A stretch of DNA of 64,000 bases from contig CAVWCX010000002.1 of NCBI GenBank assembly GCA_963753595.1, forward strand, positions 1-64,000. Reading direction: 5' to 3'. Of the stretch, positions 40,413-50,321 are shown piece after piece. Numbering within the stretch: the first letter of the stretch is position 1; each line of letters opens with the position of its first letter. Under the pieces are notes generated by a model that was not told where the DNA came from, did not search any database, and was given only the letters and a program-made list of their open reading frames with translations. The translations under genes were made by a program, and so were the position numbers. The stretch is from Candidatus Methanoperedenaceae archaeon. Its GTDB lineage: Archaea > Halobacteriota > Methanosarcinia > Methanosarcinales > Methanoperedenaceae.

Positions 40413-41608
40413 ATATTTATATAGTAGCAATATTTTTAATAATGGCATCGACAATAAACGCACAGGCTGATCCTTTCAATGTAACAACTGTCCTGTCAGT
40501 TCCTCACCTGACACCAGGGGACAGGAACATCGGGCTTGAATTCACGATACAAAATAACGGGGATACTTACCTTAGTAATGTTAAAGCGTATCTTTTCATA
40601 AGATACCCATTTTCTGCATCCTATCTTCCAAATAATAAGCTCGGTGAAATAAGTAATCCCGGATATCTTATCGGCGCAGGAGGATCAGGAGATGAATACA
40701 CGCCTTATTTTGATCTGTCGCCGCAAATGTCGCGAAAAACATTTTTTAAAGTAGATATTGACCGGGGCGCAAAATATGGAGAGTATGATCTACCTTATAC
40801 GATTTTTTACGATAATAAGGAATATAATGGAAAAATAACACTAACGATCAAAGGGGAGACCCTGATAGAGATAAAAAATATATCCGTGGTATCAAATAAC
40901 AACCAGGTCGAACCAGGGGAAGTTTTTAAAATACAGATCTCTTTTGAAAATGTGGGTGACAACGAAATTAAATGGTTAAAAGTCAGCCTGAATCCGAAAG
41001 ACAAAGCCCTTATCCCCCTCTCTTCGGATTCGGAAATGATCTTTAAAGATATTCCCCAGGGTTCACAGAAAAATTCGGAAATATGGTTTTCCCTGGAAAA
41101 GGATGCATCTGTTAAAAATTATCCGATAGATCTTGAACTTAATTATCTTGACGAAAGGGGTGTAGAGTATAATGAGACCAAACTTGTGGGCATAGTCGCT
41201 TCAGGAAGGGCGAATATGGACATCGCCAAAAAGATCACAGAACCTGCAAGATTAATCGCGGATCAGCCTTTTACGCTAACGATCAAGATCGAAAATACCG
41301 GCACAGGAGATGCAAAAGGAGTGACAGCACGTCTTGAATCTACACTTTCCGGGGATAATCTTGCTTATCTTGGTGAGATAAAAAAAGATGATTATTCAAA
41401 TGCGCTCTTTACACTGGATGCTGATGGCAGCGGGAAAAAAACCGGCGTTTTAAATATAACTTATGAAGATGATTTTGGAAAACATGAGATACAAAAAGAT
41501 GTGATCATTGTTGTGAATCCGGCAGAAAGCCAGAACCTCCTGCCGTTTTTAATTGGAATAATAGCAATAGCTGCCATAATACTTTACATTAATAGAAGGA
41601 AACACTGA
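40409..41608 (+). CDS. COG1361 S-layer-like Ig-repeat membrane-anchored protein
   Basis: Signal peptide, repeated I.N.G.G.A Ig-like units, C-terminal TM plus basic tail. Confidence 0.8.
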   Translation: MNIYIVAIFLIMASTINAQADPFNVTTVLSVPHLTPGDRNIGLEFTIQNNGDTYLSNVKAYLFIRYPFSASYLPNNKLGEISNPGYLIGAGGSGDEYTPYFDLSPQMSRKTFFKVDIDRGAKYGEYDLPYTIFYDNKEYNGKITLTIKGETLIEIKNISVVSNNNQVEPGEVFKIQISFENVGDNEIKWLKVSLNPKDKALIPLSSDSEMIFKDIPQGSQKNSEIWFSLEKDASVKNYPIDLELNYLDERGVEYNETKLVGIVASGRANMDIAKKITEPARLIADQPFTLTIKIENTGTGDAKGVTARLESTLSGDNLAYLGEIKKDDYSNALFTLDADGSGKKTGVLNITYEDDFGKHEIQKDVIIVVNPAESQNLLPFLIGIIAIAAIILYINRRKH

Positions 41609-41610
41609 TC

Positions 41611-42780
41611 ATGAAAGCCTGGCTGTTCCTTGCCATAAAGGATATGTCAAAAAGAAGGCGTGAAACACTGATGGTCATCCTGGCCATAACGATAGGCGTC
41701 GTTGGTCCGCTCTTTACTACTGCATTGAATAACGGGATGCAGGATGCGTTCGTTGGAAATACCGTTAATGTCTATACAGGTCATTTGCAGATCCAGCCCA
41801 ATACAGGCGATAGCTTTATTGCAAAATCAGAAAGCGTGCTTTCAAAAGTCACAGGGATAAATGGCATTGTAGGGGCCGCTCCCCGAATAACAGGTGGAGT
41901 AGATATCGAATCAAGAACCGAAAAAATGGGTATAGCGATATTCGGTGTAAAGCCATCACTTGAAGAAAAGGCCTCCACACTGTCAAAAACATTGGAAAGG
42001 GGAGACTTCCTTGATGACAAGGATAAATATGAATTGCTGGTTGGCACTTCACTTTCAGAAGTAATGAAAATCGATGTCGGGGATACTGTCCTTCTCACAT
42101 ATCAGGATAGGAAAACCGTAGAGTTCAGGGTTAAGGGTATCATCAGTACAGGTACATTTGAACTTGACAGGTATGCAATTATAGCGAATTACAATACCGT
42201 TAAGGAACTAATCGAAAAAGATGAAGCCAGCAATATCGTTATACGACTTGAGAACCCTGAAGAATCTGCGAAGTATAAATTAATTCTCCAGAAAGAGACC
42301 GCACTTCCCAATGTAAAAACCTGGCAGGAACTTTCAGCAGGGATGGCGGGAATGATAGAGACCTTCGGGGTAATATCCATGATGACATCAGGGGTTTCCG
42401 TGTTTGTTGCAGCGATCGCTATCAGTTTGATCATTTATACAACCGTCCGAAATAAGATTCGTGAGATCGGCGTCATGAAAGCAATAGGCGCAAGAGGTGA
42501 AATGATCCTTAAGATATATCTTGCTGAAGCTTTGTTCATTGGTATTATCGGGACTTCACTGGGTACTATGATCGGTTTATTTCTTGTACATGGAATGCAG
42601 CAGAATCCACTTATCATGACGCCGGAATACGGTATGAAACTTATAATCATGCCCAGGATATCATTTAATTCTATAATGGCTGCAGATCTATCGATACTTC
42701 TCACATGCATCATTGGCGGGATATATCCTGCAATGATAGCAGCAAGGACAAATATCATTAAAGCAATATGGAGCGGATAA
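41611..42780 (+). CDS. MacB/FtsX-family ABC permease
   Basis: N-terminal TM, large extracellular domain, REIGVMKAIGA, three C-terminal TM segments. Confidence 0.9.
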   Translation: MKAWLFLAIKDMSKRRRETLMVILAITIGVVGPLFTTALNNGMQDAFVGNTVNVYTGHLQIQPNTGDSFIAKSESVLSKVTGINGIVGAAPRITGGVDIESRTEKMGIAIFGVKPSLEEKASTLSKTLERGDFLDDKDKYELLVGTSLSEVMKIDVGDTVLLTYQDRKTVEFRVKGIISTGTFELDRYAIIANYNTVKELIEKDEASNIVIRLENPEESAKYKLILQKETALPNVKTWQELSAGMAGMIETFGVISMMTSGVSVFVAAIAISLIIYTTVRNKIREIGVMKAIGARGEMILKIYLAEALFIGIIGTSLGTMIGLFLVHGMQQNPLIMTPEYGMKLIIMPRISFNSIMAADLSILLTCIIGGIYPAMIAARTNIIKAIWSG

Positions 42781-43433
42781 TTTTGATAGAAATCAATAAC
42801 CTTAAGAAAACATATTATATGGGTAAAATTGAGGTGCCGGCTCTTCGGGGAATTGATATTAATATCGAAAGGGGTGAATTTGTGGCGCTTATGGGTCCAT
42901 CGGGAAGCGGAAAATCAACACTTTTGAATATGATCGGCCTGCTGGATACCCCAACATCAGGGGAAATAGTTATAGATGGGATCGAAGTATCAACCCTGGA
43001 TGAAAATGAGATGGCTGATTTTCGGCTCAGGAAAATGGGGTTCGTTTTCCAGTTCTTCAGCCTGCTCAAGGAACTTAATTCGCTTGAAAATGTTGCACTG
43101 CCGATGATAATGGATGACCGGAAATATGACCATGCAGCTTCACTTCTGGAACTTGTGGGAATTGGTGACAGGGCGGATCATTCCCCAAGTGAGCTTTCAG
43201 GAGGACAGCAGCAGCGCGTAGCGATTGCCCGGGCACTTGCGAATGAGCCGGCTATTCTGCTGGCTGATGAGCCCACAGCAAATCTTGATACGGAGTCATC
43301 AAACCAGATCGTTGACATATTTCGTGAATTGAACGAAAAAGGACAAACTATTGTCATGGTGACGCATGAACCTGAACTTGGTGAGAAAGCTGACAGGATA
43401 ATAAGGATAAAGGATGGGAAAGTGGTTGCTTGA
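42768..43433 (+). CDS. ABC transporter ATP-binding protein (LolD/MacB type)
   Basis: GPSGSGKST, LSGGQQQRVAIARAL, LADEPT, VTHE. Confidence 0.95.
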   Translation: MERIILIEINNLKKTYYMGKIEVPALRGIDINIERGEFVALMGPSGSGKSTLLNMIGLLDTPTSGEIVIDGIEVSTLDENEMADFRLRKMGFVFQFFSLLKELNSLENVALPMIMDDRKYDHAASLLELVGIGDRADHSPSELSGGQQQRVAIARALANEPAILLADEPTANLDTESSNQIVDIFRELNEKGQTIVMVTHEPELGEKADRIIRIKDGKVVA

Positions 43434-43581
43434 AAAGTAGGATTTAAGAATCAAAAGCAAGAGAAAGATTTGGAGTATAAGGATAAAGAAACTTTTGGGT
43501 GAAGTTCGGGTAAAAGATTATAACAAATTAAATTTTATAATGGTCATTAATAGGTAAAAACGGGAAAGTGTGAGTGGGAAT

Positions 43582-43710
43582 ATGTTTGAAACCCGTGAAG
43601 AAAGAGTGAAATTATTAAAATCAGGTATCGATGGCAGAACGATAGAAAAGCTTTATATTAGGCATAATAATTTTAAAATTATTAATCGACCTTTACTTTT
43701 TGAAAAATAA
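43582..43710 (+). CDS. Small 42-aa hypothetical protein
   Basis: MFETREERVKLLKSGIDGRTIEKLYIRHNNFKIINRPLLFEK; purine-rich upstream region; below the ORF-track cutoff. Confidence 0.5.
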   Translation: MFETREERVKLLKSGIDGRTIEKLYIRHNNFKIINRPLLFEK

Positions 43711-43828
43711 TCCGCCCGTTTGGCATATTAAAATTTACATGAGCATGTAAACCGCTTATACAAAAAAGTAAAAAGATGAGTGAACTATAAGTATATTAGT
43801 TTATATTGAATCAAACGGGACTTTATAT

Positions 43829-45361
43829 ATGCTCGGAAAGAAAAACATAAAAATTACCCGGGATATTTCTGAAAATAAGAAAGAGGAAATGGATCTAAAA
43901 GAATCCTATGCACAATACAGGGAACTCTTTGACAATGCCAGTGATTGTATTTATACTATCGATCTTAATGGCAATTTTCTCACTGTTAATAATTCAGTAG
44001 TCAAAGCCATGATGTGTGACTCAACGCAAGAAGTTCTTGAATCTAATATTTATAAATGGATGACCCCTGAGAGCCAGGAAAAAGCATTAAAGTTCATGCA
44101 GGAAGTCATCAATGAAGATGACTACTATAAAAAATCAGTTGTAATAGAGATTATACGAAAAGATGGGGAGCATGATTGGTTAGAACATAAACTAAGACCG
44201 ATCAAAGGTAAAAATAACAATATTATCGGACTACATGGTATAGGCCGTAATATAACTGAAAAGATCAGATCGGAAGAGAAGATAAAAGCATCTGAGGCTC
44301 TTTATAAAGACCTCTTTGAAAATGCTAATGATTTTATCTATACACATGATTTGAAGGGAAATATCCAGAGTATTAATAAAATTGGATTGGAATTACTCGA
44401 TGTGACTGAAGAAGAAATACTCGGAACAAACGTATTAACGTGGGTGACGCCTGAAAGTGCTAAAAAAATTGAAGACCGTTTCAGGAAGATTTACTTAAAC
44501 CAGCCTTTAGAGCCCAGTATCATTATAGAAGCGATAAACAAGAAAGGGGAACATCAATGGGCCGAAGCAAGAACAAGGCTCCTTAAAGATGGAAATAAAA
44601 TAATCGGTATACATGGTATAATGAGAGATATAACCGAGAAAATGAAGCTGGAGAAGGAGCTCAAGGAAAATAATGAAAAACTGGAACGATCATATTATGA
44701 ACTCAAAGTTTCCGAAGCAAAATACCGTGACCTCTTTGAAAACGCCCAGGATGCCATGTATGTGCTTGATACTAAATCCAATATTTTGAAAATGAATCGG
44801 ATCGGGCTTGAAATACTCGGCGGTTCACCGGAGGAAGTTATTGGATCGAACATTTTTAAATGGATCACTCCAGACAGCCAGAAGATCATTAATGAACGCC
44901 AAAAAAAACGTCTTTCCGGGGATAACGTGAGCAATACTGATCTACTTGAGGTCGTTTGCAAGAATGGGGAGCACCGCTGGGCTGAGATAAGGACCCGAGA
45001 AATAAAAAACGGAGACAGGACAATAGAAATTCATGGGATAGCCAGGGATGTTACTGAAAATAGATTATTGAAACAGGAACTCAGGAAATCCAATAAGCAA
45101 CAAAAGCTTCTATGTTATCTGATCCAGGGTACTCGCGGAGGAAAGACCCGGGCATTGATCCTGAAACATCTTTCGGATAAATCATATAATGCAAATCAAT
45201 TATCAACAGCTTTGAATATGGATTATAAGACTATCAGGCATCATCTTAATGTTCTAATTAAGAATGGAATAATCGCAAAAGGTAACGATGGATACTCAGA
45301 TTTATATTACCTTTCAAATAATATAAACCTGAATTTAAATGAAATTGAGAGTAAAATATAA
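43829..45361 (+). CDS. One-component regulator: three PAS domains + C-terminal ArsR-type wHTH
   Basis: Three YR/KDLFENA.D.IY...HGI.RD repeats; GTRGGKTRALIL...NANQLS...DYKTIRHHL. Confidence 0.88.
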   Translation: MLGKKNIKITRDISENKKEEMDLKESYAQYRELFDNASDCIYTIDLNGNFLTVNNSVVKAMMCDSTQEVLESNIYKWMTPESQEKALKFMQEVINEDDYYKKSVVIEIIRKDGEHDWLEHKLRPIKGKNNNIIGLHGIGRNITEKIRSEEKIKASEALYKDLFENANDFIYTHDLKGNIQSINKIGLELLDVTEEEILGTNVLTWVTPESAKKIEDRFRKIYLNQPLEPSIIIEAINKKGEHQWAEARTRLLKDGNKIIGIHGIMRDITEKMKLEKELKENNEKLERSYYELKVSEAKYRDLFENAQDAMYVLDTKSNILKMNRIGLEILGGSPEEVIGSNIFKWITPDSQKIINERQKKRLSGDNVSNTDLLEVVCKNGEHRWAEIRTREIKNGDRTIEIHGIARDVTENRLLKQELRKSNKQQKLLCYLIQGTRGGKTRALILKHLSDKSYNANQLSTALNMDYKTIRHHLNVLIKNGIIAKGNDGYSDLYYLSNNINLNLNEIESKI

Positions 45362-45369
45362 AGAAGATT

Positions 45370-45759
45370 TTATGACAGCTTCTTTCCCGTCTTTTCAAGA
45401 TAATCCTTGATCGCTGCGTGTAATCCATCTGCCGCAAGATTGGAGCAATGCAATTTAACCTGTGGAAGCCCGTCAAGCGCTTCTGCCACATTCCCGCGGG
45501 AAATTTTAAGCCCTTCTTCAAGCGTCTTTCCTTTTGCAAGTTCAGTGATCATGCTGCTTGTTGCGATCGCAGCCCCGCAGCCAAAGGTCTTGAACTTGAC
45601 ATCTACAAGTATGTTATCTTTAACCTTGATGTAAATCCACATCACGTCGCCGCATGTTGGATTTCCAACCTTTCCTATCCCGTCAGCATCAGGTATCTCG
45701 CCAACATTTCGCGGGTTGGCGAAATGATCCATTACTTTTTCACTGTATCCTTCACTCAT
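45370..45759 (-). CDS. iscU: Fe-S cluster scaffold IscU/NifU
   Basis: YSEKVMDHF, GNPTCGD, FGCGAAIA, KLHCS. Confidence 0.95.
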   Translation of the reverse strand: MSEGYSEKVMDHFANPRNVGEIPDADGIGKVGNPTCGDVMWIYIKVKDNILVDVKFKTFGCGAAIATSSMITELAKGKTLEEGLKISRGNVAEALDGLPQVKLHCSNLAADGLHAAIKDYLEKTGKKLS

Positions 45760-45761
45760 TT

Positions 45762-46913
45762 TTACCTCGAAAGCGGAGATATCATCCGCAATTTATTAAC
45801 AATATCAGGCAGCACCGAGATGACATAGTCAACATCCTCCTGTGTATTTTCCCGCCCAAGTGTTAATCTCAGTGACCCGTGAGCTTCCTCAGGCACTAGA
45901 CCAATAGCCATTAACACATGTGAAGGTTCAAGGGAGGTGGATGAACACGCAGAACCGGTTGACGCCGCCACTCCTTTCATATCAAGATTCAATATCATGG
46001 ATTCGCCTTCAATAAAGCTGAACCTGAAATTTGCATTATTGGGAAGGCGTTTTGCTGGATGGCCATTAAGGTATGAATCCTTGATATCAAGAACGCCTTT
46101 AATTAGTGAATCCCTCAAAGCTGCTAAATCTGACTCATGGGGGAGTCGCTCCTTTGCAAGTTCGCATGCTTTACCAAAACCAACGATCCCCGGAACGTTT
46201 TCTGTGCTTGAGCGGATATTTCTTTCATGTCCGCCACCATGCAATAATGGTTCGATGGATGTGCCTTTCCTGATGTACAGGGCGCCAACGCCTTTTGGCC
46301 CGTATATTTTATGGGCGCTTATCGATAACATAGAAACACCTAGAGCGTCAACATTTACAGGGATTTTTCCTATTGTTTGTACGGCATCGGTATGGAACGT
46401 GATTTGTTTTTCTTTTGCTAACTTTCCTATTTCCTCAATTGGCTGGATCGTTCCAATTTCATTATTTGCGTGCATTATAGTTATCAAAATTGTTTGCGGA
46501 GTGATCGCTTTTTCAACATCAGCAGGGTTCACTATTCCCTCTTTGCTCACAGGAAGGTATGTAACTTTGAAACCATTTTTTTCCAGGTATTTACAGGTAT
46601 GAAGAACTGCATGATGTTCGATCGAGCTTGTTATGATATGGTCGCCTTTTCCACGGTTCTTGAAAGCGCATCCTTTTATCGCAAGGTTGTCGGATTCTGT
46701 CCCGCTGCCTGTGAATATGATCTCCTCTTTTTTAGCGCCTATGAGGTCGGCGACAAGCTGTCTTGCTTCCTCGACAGCTCTTCTTGCCTGCCTGCCTATC
46801 GTGTAGAGACTTGAGGGATTCCCGTATTTTTCAGAAAAATAAGGAAGCATAGCTTGCGTGACCGCAGGGTCAGTCGCGGTCGTAGCGCTGTGATCCATAT
46901 AAACTTGTTTCAT
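45762..46913 (-). CDS. iscS: Cysteine desulfurase IscS/NifS
   Basis: YGNPSS, SAHKIYGPKG, STGSACSS. Confidence 0.95.
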   Translation of the reverse strand: MKQVYMDHSATTATDPAVTQAMLPYFSEKYGNPSSLYTIGRQARRAVEEARQLVADLIGAKKEEIIFTGSGTESDNLAIKGCAFKNRGKGDHIITSSIEHHAVLHTCKYLEKNGFKVTYLPVSKEGIVNPADVEKAITPQTILITIMHANNEIGTIQPIEEIGKLAKEKQITFHTDAVQTIGKIPVNVDALGVSMLSISAHKIYGPKGVGALYIRKGTSIEPLLHGGGHERNIRSSTENVPGIVGFGKACELAKERLPHESDLAALRDSLIKGVLDIKDSYLNGHPAKRLPNNANFRFSFIEGESMILNLDMKGVAASTGSACSSTSLEPSHVLMAIGLVPEEAHGSLRLTLGRENTQEDVDYVISVLPDIVNKLRMISPLSR

Positions 46914-46973
46914 AATGTTTTATCGTATGACTTAAATTGGAATATACTTAACGATGCAGACTCAAAAAGGCTC

Positions 46974-47111
46974 TTAGCCTTTTTGATGTTTGAAAAACTC
47001 TACCTGGCGTAGTCTTTTCCTGGCTTCCTCCTCAGTTTTGTAAGGTCCTCCTAAGTTACGGCTGGTTTTTTCGGAAAGGACGTAATAGCCGTCTTCTTTC
47101 TTGACAATCAC
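46974..47111 (-). CDS. Small 45-aa basic protein
   Basis: AAGGAGGT RBS, GTG start; MIVKKEDGYYVLSEKTSRNLGGPYKTEEEARKRLRQVEFFKHQKG; inverted repeat CAAAAAGGC/GCCTTTTTG over the stop. Confidence 0.7.
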   Translation of the reverse strand: MIVKKEDGYYVLSEKTSRNLGGPYKTEEEARKRLRQVEFFKHQKG

Positions 47112-47189
47112 ATTTCCAACCTCCTTTCATTCTATTTTCTAATTGCTTAAACTGATTAAAACGAATTAAAATACGCAGTCAGCCAGTTC

Positions 47190-48422
47190 CTACGGACTGA
47201 ACAACCCGATGGTCTTTCCCAGCGTATCCACAAATTTCTTCGCTTCATCCTCAGTATTATACAAATATAATGAAGCCCGCACAGCAGCCTCGCATTTCCT
47301 GTAGTTGAACCATGAATGCACGCAGAATGCTCCCGAGCGCACTTCTATGTTCCCGGTCTCATCAAGAATAAGTGCGATATCATGGGCATCACCACCTTTT
47401 GGAAGCTCGACCGTAAATGAAATAATGCCTCCCCTGAGATTCGGATCCTCAGGGCCTATGATCTTTAATCCGGGCATGTCCTTAATTCCTTTAGTAATAA
47501 TGGTATTGAGCCGCCTTTCATGCTCCTCGATATTCGACAGCCCAACGTCGCTGATATAATCTACTGCTGCCCCGGAACCTATGATGCCGGCATAATTCTG
47601 GAGGCCTGCCTCGAATTTCTCCGGCGGAGGAAGGAATTTTGCTCCTTCATACGTTGTGTCGCTAACCGTATCCCCGCCAACGATAAAGGGTGCTATCTCT
47701 TCAAGCAGGTTATGTTTGCCATAGAGCACCCCCATGCCTGTAGGGCCTGCCATCTTATGCATGGAAAAAGCAAAGAAATCCACATCAAGCGCCTTTACAT
47801 CTACAGCTTTGTGAGGTGCGCTCTGGGCTCCGTCAAGCATTACTAGCGAGCCGTGGTCGTGGGCGATCTTTATTATTTCTTTTACAGGGATAGTATAGCC
47901 GTCAAGGTTTGCGGTTTGTACCATGCTTACAAGCCGCACGTTCTTGTTTGTATCAAATAGTCCGGAAAATGCATCAAGATCGAAGGTGTTGTCGGGATTT
48001 GAATGAACAACAATATGCTTTATCCCTCTTTTATATGCCTGCACCTGCCAGGGGACGAGATTTGAATTATGTTCCCTGTCAGTTGTAAGGACAATGTCGC
48101 CATTTTTGAAATCGATCGAATTGGCAACCAGATTCAATCCTTCGGTAGTGTTTCGCACGAAGATTATCTCTTCAGGGCAGGACGCCCCCAGGAACTTCTG
48201 GATTTTCTCCCTGGCTTGTGTGACTTTCTCATCAACTTTTTTTGCCATCTTGTGAATGGAACGCCCGCCACATACCGGATATTCATTATAATATTCATCC
48301 ATTGCATCTATTACAAGCTTTGGCTTAAGGGTCATGCATGCATTATCAAAATAAATGGGGTATTTACCATTCCATTTCTTCCCCAGTGCCGGAAAGTCAC
48401 GGCGGATTTTCTGGATGTCCAT
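47190..48422 (-). CDS. SufS-like cysteine desulfurase (class V aminotransferase)
   Basis: YFDNA, EHNSNLVPW, DGAQS, SMHKMAGPTG, RSGAFC. Confidence 0.88.
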   Translation of the reverse strand: MDIQKIRRDFPALGKKWNGKYPIYFDNACMTLKPKLVIDAMDEYYNEYPVCGGRSIHKMAKKVDEKVTQAREKIQKFLGASCPEEIIFVRNTTEGLNLVANSIDFKNGDIVLTTDREHNSNLVPWQVQAYKRGIKHIVVHSNPDNTFDLDAFSGLFDTNKNVRLVSMVQTANLDGYTIPVKEIIKIAHDHGSLVMLDGAQSAPHKAVDVKALDVDFFAFSMHKMAGPTGMGVLYGKHNLLEEIAPFIVGGDTVSDTTYEGAKFLPPPEKFEAGLQNYAGIIGSGAAVDYISDVGLSNIEEHERRLNTIITKGIKDMPGLKIIGPEDPNLRGGIISFTVELPKGGDAHDIALILDETGNIEVRSGAFCVHSWFNYRKCEAAVRASLYLYNTEDEAKKFVDTLGKTIGLFSP

Positions 48423-48474
48423 TGTAGATACTCCAATGCTAAAATCCAATATATAGTTTAATGTTTATCAGCGC

Positions 48475-49059
48475 TTACCAGTTTTCTGCCAGTACCTCAA
48501 AATACGATCGCGCATGATTGCATGCAGGACAGTCCTTCGGAGCTTCCGTGCCTTCATGGATATAACCACAATTCCTGCAGTGCCATTTTACAGTTTTATT
48601 TTTCTTAAAGACAGAACCCTCTTTTATGTTACTTATGAGCCTCCTGTATCGCAATTCATGGAACTGTTCCACCTCGGAAACTTCAGTAAAAGATACGGCG
48701 ACTTTCGGGAATCCTTCTTTTTCTGCAATCTTTGCAAATCCCGGATAAAGAGTTCCCCATTCAAGTTTTTCCCCTTCTGCTGCTGCAAACAGGTTATCTG
48801 GTGTTTTCCCGATGACTCCTGCCGGGTACATTGCTGTTATTTCCACATTTCCACCCTGGAGGTGCTTGAAAAAGATCTTTGCATGTTCTTTTTCGTTATC
48901 CGCGGTCTCAAGAAAAATCGCAGATATTTGTTCATATCCTTCATTTTTTGCGGCGCTGGCAAAGTAAGTATATCGGTTCCTTGCCTGGGATTCCCCGGCA
49001 AAAGCTGCAAGAAGGTTTTTTTCAGTCTGGCTTCCTTTAAGATTTTTTTCTGATGTCAT
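48475..49059 (-). CDS. rbr: Rubrerythrin
   Basis: AFAGESQARNRY, EKEH, EQFH, C-terminal CRNCG...CPAC. Confidence 0.95.
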   Translation of the reverse strand: MTSEKNLKGSQTEKNLLAAFAGESQARNRYTYFASAAKNEGYEQISAIFLETADNEKEHAKIFFKHLQGGNVEITAMYPAGVIGKTPDNLFAAAEGEKLEWGTLYPGFAKIAEKEGFPKVAVSFTEVSEVEQFHELRYRRLISNIKEGSVFKKNKTVKWHCRNCGYIHEGTEAPKDCPACNHARSYFEVLAENW

Positions 49060-49114
49060 GATTTTAACTTCCCGTCTTTAATATGCATTTTGAACTTATA
49101 AAGCTTGTAAATCT

Positions 49115-49501
49115 TCAATATACTTCAATTTCAATTGCTGTTACCTTTGCGATTTCCAGGAAATCCCTATCCCTGGAGACTATCTTATCTGCCCCATTCC
49201 TTATAGCAATACCTGCTATAAGAACATCAAGAGTATTCACTATTTTTCCAATACTTAGCAGTCTTGCCATAACTTCACTTGATTCTTCCGATGCCCTGAT
49301 ATCAAAGTCAAGTATCTTTATATCAGAAAAGAATCTTCGCATCAGGGTCTCTTCTTTTCGGGCTTTTTTATGCTTGATTCCGGAGAGAATTTCATGATGT
49401 GTTATTACAGTGGTCACAGCATCAGAAGTTCCTACAATATCAAAGGATTTATTTTTGCCTTTGAAATAATCGATAATAACGCTGGTGTCAAGGACAATCA
49501 T
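49115..49501 (-). CDS. vapC: VapC PIN-domain toxin
   Basis: IVLDTSVIID, DVLIAGIA, SRDRDF. Confidence 0.9.
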   Translation of the reverse strand: MIVLDTSVIIDYFKGKNKSFDIVGTSDAVTTVITHHEILSGIKHKKARKEETLMRRFFSDIKILDFDIRASEESSEVMARLLSIGKIVNTLDVLIAGIAIRNGADKIVSRDRDFLEIAKVTAIEIEVY

Positions 49502-49716
49502 ATCCTGTGCCTCGCAGCAGCTCTTATTTTCTTGCAATCATCTTCTATTTCATCAAGTGTTTTGCTATCTTTCAGGGCTCCAAAATACTCACCAATCTGG
49601 GATCTCTTCATTTTCGTAAGCTTACCTATCACATCACTGAAACTCTCATTCTCTCTTTTCAGACTCTTGAGCATCTCGTAAACATCTTCGCGTATTGATA
49701 TTGTCTTAGTTGCCAT
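49498..49716 (-). CDS. vapB: VapB-family antitoxin
   Basis: KTISIREDVYEMLKSLKRENESFSDVI. Confidence 0.9.
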   Translation of the reverse strand: MATKTISIREDVYEMLKSLKRENESFSDVIGKLTKMKRSQIGEYFGALKDSKTLDEIEDDCKKIRAAARHRI

Positions 49717-49744
49717 ATATCTGTGTATGCATACACAGATATAT
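49715..49744. promoter_or_regulatory. Perfect 30-bp palindrome at the vapB start (operator)
   Basis: ATATATCTGTGTATG|CATACACAGATATAT. Confidence 0.75.
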
Positions 49745-49748
49745 ATTA

Positions 49749-50321
49749 TTATTCTTTACTTTGTGACAGAAAATTCTCCACTATCTTTAAACCATGCGGC
49801 GTAAGCACTGATTCAGGATGGAACTGCAATCCGTATATCGGTCTTTCCTTATGCTTAATTCCCATGATGATGCCATCTTCCGTATGTGCTGTAACCTCAA
49901 GCGCCTCTGGCAATCTTTGAATTGCAAGTGAATGATATCTTCCACCCACAAGCGGATCGGGCAATCCCTGGAATATTCCTTTTCCATTATGATTTATGGG
50001 ACTTGTTTTCCCGTGCTGCGGCCCCGAAGGAGAATGAGCCACCTCGCCGCCGAAAGCCACTGCTATCGCCTGGTGGCCAAGACATACACCAAGGAGAGGT
50101 ACGGTTGATTCCCTGATAATATCAAGGCAATTCCCGATATCCCTTGGGATAGAAGGATGACCGGGGCCAGGGGATATCACTATCGCATCCGGGTTTATAT
50201 CCCTGACTTCTTTTAGTGAAATTGTGTTGGGAACGACAACGGTATCAGGCTCAAATATGGACACATAATCAACAAGATTCCAGACAAAGGAATCCTTATT
50301 GTTTACAAATAATACTTTCAT
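49749..50321 (-). CDS. trpG: Anthranilate synthase component II
   Basis: DSFVWNL, SPGPG, GVCLGHQ, QFHPES. Confidence 0.94.
   Translation of the reverse strand: MKVLFVNNKDSFVWNLVDYVSIFEPDTVVVPNTISLKEVRDINPDAIVISPGPGHPSIPRDIGNCLDIIRESTVPLLGVCLGHQAIAVAFGGEVAHSPSGPQHGKTSPINHNGKGIFQGLPDPLVGGRYHSLAIQRLPEALEVTAHTEDGIIMGIKHKERPIYGLQFHPESVLTPHGLKIVENFLSQSKE

Noticed and set aside
45937-46602. Long antisense ORFs (this 221-aa ORF, also 56431-57105, 35906-36472, 17399-17917 and similar)
   Set aside because: They lie opposite well-conserved genes, lack RBS or recognisable motifs, and are explained as antisense shadows of the coding strand.
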